From sequence record SRR22947725_211: a stretch of DNA of 48,582 nt; one strand, written 5' to 3'. Each line of letters opens with the position of its first letter. The first letter of the stretch is position 1. Made by a program: the position numbers and the translations under genes. Under the pieces are notes generated by a model. That model had not been told where the DNA came from and ran no database searches. It saw only the letters and a list, made by a program, of their open reading frames with translations. This document shows, piece by piece, positions 47,245 through 48,582 of this stretch.

Positions 47245-48153
47245 GTGCGTGACAATTCGGCAGCAGTGGTAACGGGATTGATCGTGGCGGTATTTCTCTG
47301 GGGAGGAAATAACGTCGCTACGAAATACCTTGTCGATACATGGCCCCCCATCTGGACCAGCTGCACACGCTTTCTGATTTCAGGCGCATTACTGCTTTTT
47401 CTTGCACATAAGACGCGCTGGTTCGGTTCCCCAAAACCTTTGAATCCATCACTGAAAAAAGCCCTTTGGTTTAAAGGGAGCCTGAGTTTTACCGTCTATA
47501 TTTTAAGTTTTATTTGGGCTCTCAAATTCAGTACGGCCGCGAATATGGGTTTACTCTTCGCCACTTCACCCATGTGGGCATTGCTTTGGGAAATCAGATT
47601 GGTAGAGCGCGCTGAACTGATCAAACGTTTTATTGCAGCAGTCTTGACCTTGTTTGGAGTAGCGATCCTTTTTCAATCCTCTGCGAGTCAGGAAGTGGGG
47701 TGGTTGGGTAATGGACTGGGATTGCTCGCAGCGGTATTATGGACATTTTACAGCAGGGTCTGCCGCAGTTTTGGCAATCAATTATCCAGCGCCCAGCTCA
47801 ATGGACACAATTTCATTCGCACTTTTGTCTGGTTACTACCATTTGCCATATACGATCAGATGAACGCAAGCATCGCAATGGAACCGAAACTGTGGGCAAC
47901 ACAGATTTATTCGATCATTGGTGCAGGTGTTTTTGCCTTTGCTTTTTGGACGAATGCATTGAAGAAATGGCCCACGAGCAGAGTCATGCTTTTTGTAAAT
48001 CTCATCCCATTGACCACTGTTTTATGCGGTAGAGTATTTCTGAATGAATCCGTACAGATCCATTTTTGGGTAGCCATGATCTTCGTCATGGCAGGTGTAT
48101 GCCTCGGTTTGGCCGACCTCGGTAAATGGAAACGTCAATGGCTTTCGTCTTGA
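47245..48153 (+). CDS. DMT/EamA family transporter
   Basis: LWGGN.VA.K, P.W....RF, about 10 TM helices, NLIP and FLNE; probable GTG start at 47245. Confidence 0.85.
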   Translation: MRDNSAAVVTGLIVAVFLWGGNNVATKYLVDTWPPIWTSCTRFLISGALLLFLAHKTRWFGSPKPLNPSLKKALWFKGSLSFTVYILSFIWALKFSTAANMGLLFATSPMWALLWEIRLVERAELIKRFIAAVLTLFGVAILFQSSASQEVGWLGNGLGLLAAVLWTFYSRVCRSFGNQLSSAQLNGHNFIRTFVWLLPFAIYDQMNASIAMEPKLWATQIYSIIGAGVFAFAFWTNALKKWPTSRVMLFVNLIPLTTVLCGRVFLNESVQIHFWVAMIFVMAGVCLGLADLGKWKRQWLSS

Positions 48154-48254
48154 GCAAAAGCTCATGCTCATGCATGGTACCATTTCAAAGCGCGTCGATG
48201 ATGCCGCTCATCGGACGTGTGAAGGATCAATCCTTTCACCCAGACATATTCACT

Positions 48255-48582
48255 ATGGCAAAGCATTTTTGGAATCTTCTGAGCTTTTACCTGACTGCAG
48301 CCTGCGTTTTGCCTGTTCAGGCAAGCGATTCAATGGCATTCACCGAAACGGGAGCGTTTAGACACCACCCGTCCATACGCATCGAACTGATCGCGGCCGA
48401 GCCGGATGTCGTTGACCCAGTCGCTCTTTGTTTTGACGCCTCTGGAAACATGTATGTAGTCGAAATGCGCGACTACCCCTACGGTAAAGGACCCTCTGGA
48501 TCCCCAGGTGGAACCATCAGAAAATTAACATTCGATGCTTCCGGGAATGTATCCGCAAGCCATCTCTATGCTGAACGCCTGA
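48255..48582 (+). CDS. PVC-type heme-binding/dehydrogenase-like beta-propeller protein, N-terminus (partial)
   Basis: Not in the ORF track. Manual translation gives MAKHFWNLLSFYLTAACVLPVQA|SD...IELIAAEPDVVDPVALCFDASGNMYVVEMRDYP...GTIRKL, open to the window end. Confidence 0.8.
   Translation, partial: MAKHFWNLLSFYLTAACVLPVQASDSMAFTETGAFRHHPSIRIELIAAEPDVVDPVALCFDASGNMYVVEMRDYPYGKGPSGSPGGTIRKLTFDASGNVSASHLYAERL

Noticed and set aside
1-48582. CRISPR arrays, rRNA/tRNA genes (including selC), transposases or integrases
   Set aside because: No spaced direct repeats, cloverleaf structures or transposase/integrase motifs were seen by eye; a covariance-model search would be needed to exclude small RNAs.

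Overview
A gene-dense bacterial chromosomal window. It is most likely Verrucomicrobiota (PVC superphylum), inferred from an H-X9-DG-type prepilin-like protein, a PVC-type heme-binding protein N-terminus, sulfatase/GH97 genes and secreted proteins with a lineage-typical C-terminal domain. From left to right it holds: (i) a minus-strand type II secretion/pseudopilus cluster (Spy-like periplasmic protein, gspE-F-G-H-I-J, an inserted Zn-ribbon/coiled-coil gene, gspK, partial gspL-like gene) with two matching ECF-type promoters; (ii) kdsD, an FMN glutamate-synthase-like gene, clpP, a multiply frameshifted gene, an ABC-2 permease and a rhomboid protease; (iii) selA-selB; (iv) GH97, a sulfatase, a GH32 C-terminal remnant and an N-terminal-half-only carB; (v) a Tat-signal ManD/RspA enolase, an FG-GAP protein, a tiny signal-peptide + C-terminal-domain ORF followed in frame (across one UGA) by a beta-propeller/di-heme cytochrome c, two lipoproteins and a prepilin-like protein; (vi) a Tm-1-like gene pair, tcdA, rmuC and ridA; (vii) a 986-aa lectin/PA14-repeat surface protein, a TPR-LysM lipoprotein, an SGNH + alpha/beta hydrolase fusion, a Calx-beta protein, an olsB-like gene, an EamA transporter and a partial PVC heme protein. 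No rRNA, tRNA (including selC), CRISPR array or transposase was recognised. Best leads: a shared C-terminal sorting-like domain on three unrelated secreted proteins, the ECF-controlled atypical T2SS, and a UGA-Pro-Phe-Cys junction inside a hairpin in a selAB-containing genome. All family assignments are by-eye motif recognition; no database search was run.
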